A stretch of DNA of 64,000 nt from Octopus sinensis (lineage: Eukaryota), in assembly GCF_006345805.1 (NCBI RefSeq), contig NC_043004.1:48050001-48114000 (forward strand), read 5' to 3'. The notes beneath the pieces were generated by a model. It saw nothing but the letters and a program-made list of their open reading frames with translations. It was not told the origin of the DNA and made no database searches. Of this stretch, positions 45,698-59,957 are shown piece by piece. Positions within the stretch are counted from its first letter, which is position 1, and each line of letters begins with the position of its first letter. A program made the position numbers and the translations under genes.

Positions 45698-47740
45698 TGC
45701 AAAATCATAAATATAATAGATGAATGGGTATCTAAAAGAGCGAATGCTTAATTCCATAGCTCGAATTCGTATATATACTACGGCCGTCTCAGGAAAGGTA
45801 TTTCAGGATGGGTGATCTATTTGTACTCATCTCGAGTATATACATTTCCTTCATCGGAGATTGTATGTGAAGTTTTAAAAAGTCTTTTAAATTGTTTATG
45901 AAATATCAAAAGACTTCATACTTGAACCAGGTATCCTATGTTGTGATAAAAATGTGTTCAGAAAAATTCATTCTAAAATGAGGAGTAAATATATTAAAAA
46001 TCTTACAAAAAAATGATGCATTTACGGCTTTTCTAAAACATATTGGGGATGAAGATCGGAATTCAGATTTCAATTTTTAACATGGGTTGGCTATATTTTA
46101 ATGAGAAAAAAATTTTAAAGTAGAAAAATACCTTTGTTTCCAAAATATTAAATCATCAGAAATCTTATTTAATAATATTTTTCTACTCGTACAAATTATA
46201 TTTATGGATTAGTTAGTGCATAATCTACATATTCAATGATTTGAGTAATTATTGACCAATCTAGTTTAAATCGTTTATTTTGCGCTTTTAAATTATCTAT
46301 GTGTCTGGCTAGTGCTCTCGAATTTTTCATGCTCGCGTTTGTAAAAGAATTTTATGCCCCCTACATCTAGTTTTAAAATCTATTGTGCTCTCTATGTAGA
46401 TTTTCTTGGGTTCTTTTGAGGTACTTGCCCCACACTTATAAACTACGTTTTTTATCAAACAAGTTGTGCAAAACGTGCAAAATTCTGGGGATCGGCAATT
46501 ACATGGCTTTTTTTTATGGAATTCAGATACCTACTTTCCTAATTACGTTCCATAGATTCCCTAGTGTTCTTTTTAAGTTTAAATCTATCATTAGTAGCAA
46601 TGATGGAGCCTAAATGTGATGATGTTGAATATGACAATTTTAAACTAAATTTGTTAAAGATGGGGTGATATTTATTATCCGGAGGAAAGTTTTTTTTTTC
46701 AATGATCTTAAAGAATACTTCGGGGACATTCTTAACTTGAAGGGGAAAAGGTGGGGTGAACCAAAATATTTCCCGCTTTCTAGTGGTATTATTTTCTCTC
46801 CATGACCAGACCGAATAAATTTATGTAAATCTTTGTAACAAATATATTTCATACTCACATGCACGCTTATATACTTATTCATTTATTTCTTATCCTCGAA
46901 GCTACTTGATTTGCGAAGAACCTCTTATCAAATAATAGTTCTGTTTCTGCCGTTCGTATCTTTATCTGTTATGTTTTATAGTTTTCTTGTTTCAGTCATC
47001 AGACTGCAGGCATGCTGGGGTACACCTTGATGAATTTTAGTCGAACGGTAGAGTAGATGCGTGCGGGGTAGAAGTGGACGGGGCACAGGGAAGATAAGAG
47101 GTATGTGGTGTGTGAAGAGGAGGGGTTTATGTGAAACTTGAAAATATGTTACAGGTTACCTATATATTTATGTAAATATGTTATAGGTTATCTATATCTT
47201 TTATCTTTTAATCATTTAATTGTCTCAATGATTAAACTGCAGCCATGCTGGTGCACCACGTAGAGGACCTTTTAGTCGAATGAATCAATCCCAGTACTTA
47301 ATTTTTCTTAAGCCTTGTACTTATTGTATGAGTCCGTTTGCTGAACTGCTAGTTTTGGGGACGTAAACACACCAACACCTGTTGTCAAGCAGTGGTGATG
47401 GACAAACACAAACAAACACACGGACACACATAAATACATACGACGGGTTTTTTTTTCAGTTTCCGTCACACGTATACGTCTATATCGCTTCACTTCATAC
47501 TCTCAACTCATGGGGCTTGGTCGTCCGAGGTTAGTGGCCCCAGAGGTGTCATCATGCGTAAAGCCGACCAGATCTACCACCAGAACATTCCATCGCTGGT
47601 GGTCCCGTTCCAGCTCTTTTGCATACTTCAAGGTGACGTCGGGCCTTCGGAGAACCTTTTACACATACGCACATACACGCATACACGCACACACACACAT
47701 AAATACTTTTTGCATTTGTGACTGCCAAGACACAACTATA

Positions 47741-48958
<1,218 letters not shown>

Positions 48959-49416
48959 TGTGTGTCTTTGTGTCTTCCTCCATGACTACTTGACAACCAG
49001 TGTTGGTGGGTTTACGTCCCTGTCACTTAGTGGTTCGGCAAAGGAGAATGGCAGAATAAGTACTAGGCTTTTTTTAAAAAATGTCCTGTGGTCGATATGT
49101 TCAAGGCGGTGACCCAAAGAGCTGCAGTAGGGTGAATGAAACATGTCAATGATAAAAGATAAACGAACTAAGAGTAACTCTAGTAATGTAAATATTATCG
49201 GCCATACATAAATAGTGCATGAGTTTTTGTTTATACGCCAAATTCACTGCGGAAAAAGTGTCCGGGAAAAGCTTCCTACACGACGTTAATACGTATGTCT
49301 ATAACAGCGCTCCGTGGCGCACCAGTGCGATGCGGTATATATGACAGGCTTGTTTTAGTTTCCGTCTACCAAATTCGTTCACCAGGTCGTTCTGGGGCCA
49401 CAGAAGAAGACATTTG

Positions 49417-49804
49417 GGATCTTTTCGGTTTGAACGGCAGTTTTTTCTAGCGGTGTCATATGAAATTGTCACCCATAATTATGACCCTAGTATTGATCTA
49501 TTGCATCTCAATCTGTTTTAGGGTTAGGGTTAGGGGTAGGGGGAAGGGAATCTTTTTTTTCTTCACAAATGTAAATAAGCCCAATCTGTTTCTTAAACGA
49601 GGGACATATTCATACGGTACAGAATGTTTTTTTTACCTCAATAGACATCAGTGATTGGTTGAAATTGCAGAAATTGAAGAAAAAAACAACAAATATCTTA
49701 CAAACTATAGAATTTTCTCAATAAAGCCAAGAGAAAAAGATGTTTAAAATTTTTCAGTTACCTAGAAATTATGTTAAAAACTGCCGTTCAAACCAAAAAG
49801 ATCC
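49417..49804. mobile_element. MITE with GGATC..GATCC TIRs and 8-bp TSD (Merlin-like), copy 1
   Basis: TIR GGATCTTTTCGGTTTGAACGGCAGTTTTT; TSD GACATTTG (49409-49416 and 49805-49812); inserted in an OR2-type SINE. Confidence 0.9.
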
Positions 49805-50067
49805 GACATTTGTGCAAAGTACAACGCAGCGGGATTGAACATGAGACTACATGGCTGGGAAGCAAACTACACAACCACGTATGTATCTAATTTAGCTCTT
49901 TTATTTAAGTGCAACTAAAACAAAAATAATACAGAAATAAGGAATCTACGTTGCCTAGAAGTTGCCTCGATATATTACTCTCTATTTTTAAACTAGCATA
50001 ATTTATCGTATTTTTCTCAATATGTAGCCACGTTTCTAATATGGTGTCAAAATATTGTAGAGTTTAA

Positions 50068-50662
50068 GGCGGCGAGCTGGCAGAATCGTTAGCACGCCGG
50101 GCGAAATAGCGGTATTTTGTCTGTCGTTACGTTCTGAGTTCAAATTCCGCCGAGGTCGACTTTGCCTTTCATCCTTCCGGCGTCGATAAATTAAGTACCA
50201 ATTACGCACTGGGGTCGAATTAATCGACTTAATCTCTTTGTCTGTCCTTGTTTGTTCCCTCTGTGTTTAGCCCCTTGTGGGTAGTAAAGAAATAGGTATT
50301 TCGTCTGTCGTTACGTTCTGAGTTCAAATTCCGCCGAGGTCGACTTTGCCTTTTATCCTTTCGGGGTCGATAAATTAAGTACCAATTACGCACTGGGGTC
50401 GATGTAATCGACTTAATCCCTTTGTCTGTCCTTGTTTGCCCCCTCTGTGTTTAGCCCCTTGTGGGCAGTAAAGAAATAGGTATTTCGTCTGCCGCTACGT
50501 TCTAAGTTCGAATTCCGCCGAAGTCGACTTTGCCTTTCATCCTTTCGCGGTCGATTAAATAAGTACCAGTTACGCACTGGGGTCGATGTAATCGACTTAA
50601 TCCCTTTGTCTGTCCTTGTTTGTCCCCTCTATGTTTAGTCCCTTGTGGGCAATAAGGAAATA
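50068..50662 (+). mobile_element. Tandem SINE array: one headed unit plus two 184-bp units
   Basis: Units start at 50295 and 50479 with the identical junction aaagaaata|ggtatttcgtc. Confidence 0.92.
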
Positions 50663-51645
50663 TGAATATTGTAGGGTTATTGTTCTTGCTAATGAACTTA
50701 AATGCATTTAATTCTATCAAGAATTGGATTAGAGAGAAAACATAGAACTGGTCGTGAAAAAGTAGATGTTGACCCCGAACTATATAGGGCAACCATGTGT
50801 GTATATCTATATGTGTGTATGTGTAGACTGAGTGTGTTTCTGGCTACGTGGTACGAAGTTTGCTTTCCAACCATATAGTTAGGGGTTCACTCCCATTGCA
50901 TGGCTCGTGCGCAAGTATTTTCTACTACAACTTCGGACCGACTAAAGCCTTGTGAGTGGATTTAGTGGAAGGAAACTGAAAGAAGCCACAGTGTATGAAA
51001 ATATATATGTATATATACATTTGACTGTCTGTGTGTATCTTTGTATCTCACCAACACTTGACAACAGGTGTTGGTATGTTTGCGTCCCTGAAATTTAAAA
51101 GACAAAAAGACACCGATAGAATAAGTATCAGGCTTAAAAATAGATAAGTTCTGAGCTCGAGTATTTAACTAAATATACAACACCACACACACACACACAC
51201 ACACACACATACAAGCCATTCACGTTCAGACAGCATAGACATACATCCATATACACACCCCATTTAAGTTCCGACAGCATATTCATACATACCAACTCAC
51301 ACACACACACACACACACAGAATATACATATAACCAAACACTCTCCTTACATGCACACACTATTTTCACCATTTTCGGACAGCATATATATAAACCTCAC
51401 ACAGCCACTCACCATTTAGGTTCAGACGGTCTATACGTAAACCCACAAGCACCCATACAACCCTTCTTCCCTACTCCACACACTCACAACACCCACACTT
51501 CCATATCCATCTTCACATTTAAAGGAGTAAGTATGTACTCAAATACTTACGCATTCCAACACCTACCACTTTTGTCACCACCGCTCCACCTAACACCTCT
51601 ATGCAGTACGACACACTTAGCACACTCATACACACACAAGTAAGG

Positions 51646-52140
51646 CAGCCTCACACACATACACATGTTCATACATACGTATACGCACATAAATACAAAC
51701 AGTATACACATACACACACACAAACAGAAGGCAGATATCCTTACACACATACACGTGCTCATACTCACGTATACACACACAATAGCTTAACAGGCATACA
51801 CACATTCATACACATACACATACACACAAGTATGGCAACCTCACACACATACACGTGTTCATACATACGTATACGCACATAAATACAAACAGTATACATA
51901 CACACAGAAGTCAGCTATCCTTACACACATACACGTGCTCATACTCACGTATACACACACAATAGCTTAACAGGCATACACACATTCATACACACACATA
52001 CACACAATTATGGCAACCTCACACATATACACGCGTATACACTCACATACAGACAGAATACACACACACGAGTCAGATATCCTCACACACATACACGTGC
52101 TCATAACCATGGATACACACAAAATAGTTTCATACACACA
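51646..52140. repeat. CA-rich higher-order minisatellite (about 180-190-bp unit, about 2.5 copies)
   Basis: Block cctcacacacatacac.tgttcatacatacgtatacgcacataaatacaaacagtatac...aatagcttaacaggcatacacac is repeated. Confidence 0.85.
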
Positions 52141-52400
52141 CACATATACACAGACTTAAAACGTGTCATCCTAGAGTAGTGATTTCTTGTTTTCTTTACG
52201 GGCCTTTTTGTGAACTCCCAAGACATCTCACGAGACATTTAATATGGAGACGAACACCATTCTTCTACGTGATCGGCTTGAAAAATTCTTAAGTATTAAG
52301 ATATTTTTATTAACGTGAAAAAAATGGTAGCCTTAATAGACAAATAAAAAATTTCTATCCACCAATGTGATGTTGAGCACGCATTCTCGTTGATCGACAT

Positions 52401-52432
<32 letters not shown>

Positions 52433-52436
<4 letters not shown>

Positions 52437-52620
52437 AGATACAAAATGGGACAAGAACGCAAAACATCCGGACAACTAAGTGATGCAAAAAGGGACAACA
52501 AAACATCCAGATAGACGATACAAAAAAACAAGGACGGGTCACTCGAAGCCTTTTATCTTCAGTCAAGAACCGGGTCATCCTCGCAATTTCGGCGAGTATA
52601 CGGAAAAATATTTTCTCCAA
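52433..52620 (-). mobile_element. Penelope-type terminal repeat, same family as 14150-14290 (+)
   Basis: Shared gacccgtccttg..gtatcgt.tatctggatgttttgttgtccc..ttgtcccattttgtat next to (TA)n. Confidence 0.6.
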
Positions 52621-52714
52621 TGTATAGGCTTCACTTTGAAGTGCTCCAGATATTCAAACACCTCGTATTTGCATATATGCATGTATGTATGTATTAACAG
52701 TTATTTTTTCAAAA

Positions 52715-53452
52715 CTTTAATGGCAGTGACAAAGAAGCATATTCGGCATATTTTGCTTTATGCGTTCAATAATGGCAACAACGCAACGGAAAGTGCGATG
52801 GATATTAATACAGTATATGGGAATTGGACAATAAGCGTAAGCCAGTGTGAACGGTGGTTCCAGAAATTCCGAGCTTGAAACTACAGCCTAGAAGATGAGC
52901 CTCGTCCTGGAAGATCTGTAGAGTTCGACGAGGACGTCCTGCAAACCCAGGTGAAACAAAATCCCACTGTAAGTGTTGTGGAACTAGTAGAGAAGCTTGG
53001 ATTAGGTCATTCAACCATTCATTAACTCCTGCGTGCCATCGGAAAAGTCAGAAATTTGGGTCAATGGGTTCCTCAGAAACCTTCCGAGTCTAATCGCGTG
53101 CAGAGTGTGAATGTGTGCTCTTCGTTGCTGTCACGTCTCACGAATGAACCTTCCCCCGCCCACCCACCATATTCGCCGGACATTGCCCCGTCCGATAATC
53201 TGTTATGTCGCAGTCTTCAAAATCATTTGGACGGAAAAAAATATAAATTCTCTAGACGAGGTCAGAACAGAACTGGGGGAGTATTTTTCGTCACGGACAA
53301 GGGGATTTTGGAAGAGGAGCCTTAAAAGTCTACCAGATAGATGGAAGAGCATTGTAGAAAATGAAGAAGAGTATCATTTAGATTAAAAAAGAACTTTATC
53401 TTAATTCTGAAAAGTAATATAAAAAAATTTCATTATTTATGGGATGGCCCAA
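52715..53452 (+). mobile_element. Internally deleted mariner
   Basis: HIRHILLYAFNNGNNA..ERWFQKFR..LEDEPRPGR..GQWVPQK..HPPYSPDIAPSD; right TIR ttcattatttatgggatggcccaaTA. Confidence 0.92.
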
Positions 53453-55321
53453 TATATGAGTTAGGGGAACTTTAGTGTACTTTGACTCATTGTCGAGATG
53501 CGTGTGTGTGTGTGTGTGTGTTCATCACTGTAAACTGCAGCTGTGAAATATTATATGTTATTAACAGTGTTAAGGTACGAGGAAGTTTAGTGTGAGCTAG
53601 CGGTGCTCTATGCACGTCTGCCTGTTCTGACTGTTTGCCGCATCTGAATTGAGTCAGCGCTATTTCTAATTGAAATATACGGATACTGTAGAAGAAACAT
53701 GTATTTTTTTTTTTACGATATTTCGCATGTCTTGAAGTTGGGTTTCAAAGTGTGAAAACATTTAACCGAATTTTTGCATTTGAAAGGAGTTAGCATTAAC
53801 CTTTCACCTAAATAAACTTTGGCGTACTTTGATTCATTGTAGTGATAGTAAGTTAAAACTCATAGAAGATTTCGTATGTATTATCAGGAAAAAAGCCGTA
53901 AAATCGAAATTCGACGACACCAAAGCAGAAAGCGGGCAACAACAACAAATTATATGAGTTATCTTTTATATGACGCTTCAAAATAGGCCACTACCGACCA
54001 AAGCGGAACGATGACCCAATAATGTCATACTGTCAAATAGCACGTTTTGTTTCCAAAACTTTGTAAACGTGCAGATTTAATGACGACAATAATTAATATT
54101 TGCAAAATGAAACAAAATGTAAGTTAAACATATTGTAAAAGTAGTGTTCTGTAAAAAAAGTCATTTCAAGTTATACGGGAAACTTTTATGAGGTAAAAGA
54201 ACATATGTGGTGAAGAACCGAGATATAGAAAACCAGTGAATCGTTTAACTAAAACATACTCTGTATTTAGATTATCTGAAGAAAAACTAGTCAACGACAG
54301 ACTCTGACAGCATCTATTCTTTATTTGATGCCAATTGATGAACTATAAATAAATAAATAACTGAGTTTTTCCTATATAATAAAAAGATAAATGTGCCCTT
54401 TTAAAGCGTAGCCAGGCTCATGGGCCCGGTTTCCATGGTGTATGTGTTCCAAAGCTGGACGGGACGTCAGACCATCGCAGCGTTACTCATTTTTGCCAGC
54501 TGAGTGGACTGGAGCAACGTGAAATGATGTGTTTTGTTCAAGAACGCAATGCGTCGCCCGTTCCAGGAATTGAAATCACAATCTTACGATCATGATGCTG
54601 ACTTCCTAACCACTAAGCCACGCGCCTCCACTTTTCTTATGTAGGCAATGCATAAATAAGACGTACTAGTTTCTCACTGGTTCATTAAACAGATGAAATG
54701 CAGTAAATGAACAAAACCTCATTTGGTTTCATAAGGTCGTTACGAATATTAAATGCGGTGAAATAGTTTGTGATAAAGATTTCAGATATTTACATAAGAT
54801 GCTAAATTTCTAGAAAATCAATTTATTTAATATATCAAACAAAATATATTTATTGTCGATTAACGGCAAATGGAGGAGACTACTTTCCTTCAAAATTATA
54901 TTTCACTCTCAGGGCAGGCGCCCCTGCATGAAACAAGCACTTGAGTTTTGTGTACGAATGCCTTCTAGTATCTGTATAAACGTTTTGTAAGCTTCTTTCG
55001 CACTACTATAATGCTCTTGAAAGCTTGCCCAAGTGAGATGTATGTTGTTACTGCTCACGATGAAATTCTATTTGCTGTGGTGATTGTAACTGTTGTTGTT
55101 CTGAATACACTCGTTTAATTGTCTCGTAAAATTTCGTACCTAAATCGTGGTCGTCGTTCAGTATATGTGTATTTTATCGTTTTACTGAATGCAATAGACT
55201 TTGTTTTACAATACAATAAAGACGAATGCTGTATGTCTGCGTTGTAACGGTCATCCTCTTCCATATAGATTCTCATCAACTGCATTAATAATAGTCAAAA
55301 AGCTTTGCAGGTATGACTATT

Positions 55322-55750
55322 GGATCTTTTCGGTTTGAACGGCAGTTTTTTCTAGCGGTGTCATATGAAATTGTCACCCATAATTATGACTCTAGTATCG
55401 ATCTATTGCATTTCTATCTGTTTTAGGGTTAGGGTTAGTTAGGGTTAGGGGTGGGGGGAAGGGTATCTTTTTTTCTTCACAAATGTAAATAAACCCAATC
55501 TGTTTCTTAAACGAGGGACATATTCATACGGCACAGAATGTTTTTTTTTACCTCAATGGACGCCAGTGATTGGTTGAAATTGCAGAAATTGAAGAAAAAA
55601 ACAACAAATATCTTACAAACTATAGAATTTTCTGAATAAAGCCAAGAGAAAAAGATGTTTTATAAACACATTCTACCAGTATACGAAGTTTTTAAATTTT
55701 TAGTTACCTAGAAATTATGTTAAAAACTGCCGTTCAAACCGAAAAGATCC
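55322..55750. mobile_element. MITE copy 2 (same family as 49417-49804)
   Basis: Same TIRs; TSD TGACTATT (55314-55321 and 55751-55758). Confidence 0.92.
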
Positions 55751-56082
55751 TGACTATTTTTTATCATTTACTTGTTTCAGTCATTGAACCACGTCCATTC
55801 TGGGGCACACTGTGAAGGGTTTTAGTCGAACGAATTAACCCCAATGATTATATTTTTAACCGGATGGTTATTCAACAGGTCTCTTTTGCTGAACCACTAG
55901 TTACAGTGACGTAAACACACACCAACACTGGTTGCTGTGTTTATTTTGGAACGTTGGATCTCTGACAATTGGCAAGAAACATTAATTATAGCACAAGTGA
56001 ACTAATAAATTCTTCATTACTTTTACTTTTCATCTTTCCGAAGTTAATATGTTGGCATAGATGTTCAGAAACAGGAACCTCT

Positions 56083-56270
56083 ATGCCAACATGGCTTCTT
56101 AACCCAGGACTTGCGCTTGTTCAAAGGAACAATCGCACTAACAAGTATAACCCTATCGTGGACCAAGTTGATTTAATCGAAGCTAAACCCCAATACGCTC
56201 ACGTCCGTTACCCAGAAGATTGCGAAACCACGGTATCCACAAAACAATTGGCATCACCAAGGAAGATTAA
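56083..56270 (+). mobile_element. Gypsy integrase C-terminal fragment
   Basis: MPTWLLNPGLALVQRNNRTNKYNPIVDQVDLIEAKPQYAHVRYPEDCETTVSTKQLA matches the LPTWL.PGPVL..DPLVDEVEL.EANP.YAHVR..GRETTVS pattern. Confidence 0.85.
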
Positions 56271-56420
56271 CCAAAGTGATAGCCTAACCCAAACATTTGT
56301 CCCTCATGAGCCAGACAGAGAGCGGCCATTCGGAATAACGTACAGGACTATGATTAAAAATTTGAGTCTTTGAACCTGGATTTACTGGTTATACATTACT
56401 ACTACTACTACTACTACTAC

Positions 56421-56456
<36 letters not shown>

Positions 56457-56628
56457 TAATAGTAATAATGCCAGGAAAGTATTAGATAGCTAAAAAGAAT
56501 AGTTAGCATGGTACTGCAGGCTACAGATAAAAGCCCGCTATGCATGTAAGAATCCAGGAGCTCAAACAAAACCTGTGATAAACAGAAATAATAATAAGAA
56601 GAAGAAGAAGAATGATAATAATAATGGT

Positions 56629-57072
56629 ACAATCACAAATCCGAAGACATCGTCGAAAATAGAAATGCAAAGATCCTATGAGATTTCATGACTCTGTGCG
56701 ACCATGAGATAGAGAATAGGAAGCCAGACATAGTCTTAATTGAGAAAGAAAACAAGCTATGATGGATCATAGATATAGCATGGCCAACTGACAACAAGGT
56801 ATGCGATAAGGAAGAAAGAAATGTCAAGAGATATGACAGGTTAGCTTGGGAAGTTAAGCAGTTGTGGTAGCAGTAGTGCCAAAAATTGTCGGAGCCCTTG
56901 GAACAGTGAGCAAAAATCTCGAGAAGTACGTGGAACAAATAGGAGCTGCAATAAGGGTGGAGCACTTGCAGAAACCTGCACTGCTTGGAACCGCCCAAAT
57001 ACCCCGGAAGGCGCTCAAAAAATAAGAGGTGTTACCTTAGTTCACTGGTAGTGAACATCTGACTATATAGTA
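56629..57072 (+). mobile_element. R4/Dong 3' fragment (endonuclease) after TAA repeats
   Basis: Nucleotide homology to 22340-22800 (tgcgaccatgagatagagaatagg..gttagcttgggaagttaagcag..ggtgttacctta). Confidence 0.9.
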
Positions 57073-57079
57073 CATCGTA

Positions 57080-57470
57080 GGGCACTGGACGGAAGGCCCA
57101 GCTGAATTACTTGGGGTCTGCTTTGATGGACAAGAACTGCGTAGAGGTGACGAGAGGGGCGGCCAGCCTCACCCAGAAATGGTCAGAGAGGAAGTTGTCC
57201 GTGAGGGCCCGGGTGAAGGTGGTGATGCGTACATCGCTTCCGTCATCTACAACCGCTTGACTGCCGTCTCCTGCCCTGCTTCGTGGCTGATCAAGCTGGA
57301 GAACTTCCTCTTCCGCTTTCTGTGGATGGAATGCGTTCCCCTCGTCAAACGGGCATGCGGTGGATAATGATGCGTAGACATGCGCTGAGGCTGCGACATC
57401 TCCAGCTATTCCTCAACGGTGAGGAGGTGTAGTCGCCGTATAGGTCGGCATGCATCTGCTTCTCCAGGTA
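57080..57470 (+). mobile_element. Tx1/L1-type LINE, post-RT region
   Basis: LTQKWSERKLSVRARVKV..AYIASVIYNRLT..LENFLFRFLW. Confidence 0.78.
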
Positions 57471-57699
57471 CCTAGCTATAGCCCCACCGACTCCTCCTGG
57501 TTAACTTTTGCTTCGGTCCCTGATTCGTACTCCCTTAGAGCAGTGCCGACCACCTAGATTTCTTAGATATCCGACACTATTATGGTTACGTCGTCCGCAT
57601 TGGCCGACACAAAACTACCGCATCCTAGAATTGTGGCTTCGTTTCTACGTAGCGCTTCTGCTATCCGGGGGCCCATCGAACTTCTTTCGGCCCCTCCCG

Positions 57700-58750
57700 T
57701 CTCGGTGAACTCACCCTAACTCTGATAACGCAAGCTTTGTGCCTGGCATTGAACAATTGATCAAGAGCGAATCCTTTTTAGCCACCATTGGTTGTTGACG
57801 ATTGCACACGCAATAATGATCATATCAAAAGATGGTGAACTTACTAACCTGGTCTCTGAAAGCTTGGCGCGCCGAGAAGGACGCGTCCAGTTTCCAGTAT
57901 CTGGGGCCCTGTCAATGTATTCTATCTATGTCGACCGTACATATCACAAAGTTGTGGTCCGTGTAGACTATAAATTTGAACTGTGGACAACTTATACTGT
58001 TTCTATCTACATGCCTACAAAATACTCTGTCTAGTTACGAGCTGTAAGACTCGATGCGGTTTGCCCATGTCCACATTAGCACATTCGGGAAACCCAATCA
58101 GTACCTGTCAGCCAACTGAAAGCGACTGAGCAGGTTTGTGAGGTTTTTACACCCCACTCTCCTATCGGTTAGCCCCACCCTATCTAGATGTGCGTCTAAG
58201 ATGGCGTTCCAATCGCCCACTAGCGTTAAAGCGCGTAACGTCCCAAGGAAAACTTCCAAACGTCTGAAGAAATCTGGCAGACCTCCCACCATCGGGGCGT
58301 ATACAGCGAGTAGTTTGAAGGCACGCACTTTGTTCTTGCTCACGTCCAAGACCACCAACTTACCTTCCGGTTTCAGAAAGATCGTCCGAACCTCGAGATC
58401 CAGAGCTTTCAAAAATATCACTGTCGCCCTGCCTCCCATTCAAGGCTGACTAAGAGATGTATATTTTCATCGAGGGCCAGCTGAAACATTTCTTTTTTAA
58501 TGTTGGCCACGTTTGAAAACCCTTTTTGATTTGGTGTTGTTTTTGTCGGTGTCATTGTGTTTTCCGTTGTTGTTGCCGATAACGGTGTGGTCGTTGGTTT
58601 TATCACTTGTGTCGTTGGTTTTATCACTTGTTTATATACTCTTCGTTCTTTGGTTTTGCTGTTCGTTGAGTCCATCTCATTATCGTTAATGCTCATTGTT
58701 TCTGTTTTGGTGATTGCAAATTTGCAGTTGTCCATAGCGACGGTGGCGGT
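57700..58750 (-). mobile_element. Tx1/L1-type LINE AP endonuclease region
   Basis: GKLVVLDV..FKLLAVYAP..DFFRRLEVFL..LVGDWNAILD..LADRY, followed by LDRVF, TDH and RYWKLD. Confidence 0.85.
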
Positions 58751-59169
58751 GCTGCTGTTGATTTTACTATTTTCTCTCTCAGTCTTCGAACTGATATTGT
58801 TGCTACTACGAAATGTGCATGCTTCACGAGCTCTTAAATGCTAGTGGTTGTTGCTATTGTTGTCGTTGTGAGTGAATGACAGAAACAGGGGAATGTCTTC
58901 TTCTGTTTGTGAGCTGGTTGGAGGAAAGGTTCCCCCCTCAACGCTCCCATGATGGCCACTGAAGGCGATGATGATTTTTGTGTATTTTTGTGTTTTTGTA
59001 AACAAGTGGGGCATTTTATGAATGCAATAAATAAAAGATAAATACTGCTCCTTACGGAACAAAAACAACCACAAAACACTAGCACGAGATTACTGGTGTC
59101 TTTATTCAAAATTTATTACAAAAATTTAAAACATACACTGATAACAAAGAGTGAAAACATCAGTTTTAA

Positions 59170-59913
59170 TCATGTCTTACGAAGCATGTTCGAAAGAAGG
59201 TCCTGCGTATTCCGTAGTTCTCATGGTTTCTGATCTTAACTGATAGGAAGTTTTATCATGTATATGTTTTGCCATAAAAGATGGGATGTAGCAAACATTC
59301 TGCTCAATACCACATATTTGCTTGTTAGTTGCTTGACCTTAAACAGTTGAGCATGTTCCTTAGTGGCATGTCCATTACTGCCCTGATGCAGTACCAGGCA
59401 GTGGCTCTCATGACTTATGATCTTAACTGATTGGAAGTGTTATCATTTACATTGTTTTGTGGTGGTATAAGATTTGGGCTACGGCAAATATTCTGCTCAG
59501 TGCTACAGATATGCTTGTAAGTTGCTTGACCTTAACCAGTTGGGCATTTCCTTTCGTGGCTGACGATATGTACATCTCTGATCACGAATAGAAGTAGTGA
59601 GGGAGAATCATAGTGTATGTTGATAGGAATTCTTTGGTGTTTGAATGGGTGGTTCGTTCATCATCCTTAAACAAACCTTATTCAGGGACTTTTTGAGTGG
59701 GATGGACTACTCAACCTGAAGAAAATTCTAACTGGGCCCCACCTGCAAGATCATGTGCTGTTTATCTTGATATGAGATCACCATGTCGCTCACAGATGGT
59801 TGTGATGCATGTGCCTGGCGTATCTTTATCAAACGGGTAGTCATGATGGATACACTGGGCTTCGTATATTTTACCCCAGTGTCACTTTGATGGCATTCAC
59901 TTCTCTCTCACTC

Positions 59914-59915
<2 letters not shown>
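59170..59915 (+). repeat. Interspersed repeat with (AAT)n tail and an internal duplication of about 150 bp
   Basis: 59219-59367 resembles 59407-59560; ends in (AAT)n at 59913. Family not identified. Confidence 0.6.

Positions 59916-59957
<42 letters not shown>

Noticed and set aside
49522-49548. TTAGGG repeats as a chromosome end or fusion scar
   Set aside because: Only about 3 units, internal to a TSD-flanked MITE present twice.
50068-50662. Regularly spaced repeats resembling a CRISPR array (also 3897-3963)
   Set aside because: The units are tandem with no unique spacers, the DNA is eukaryotic, and there are no cas genes.
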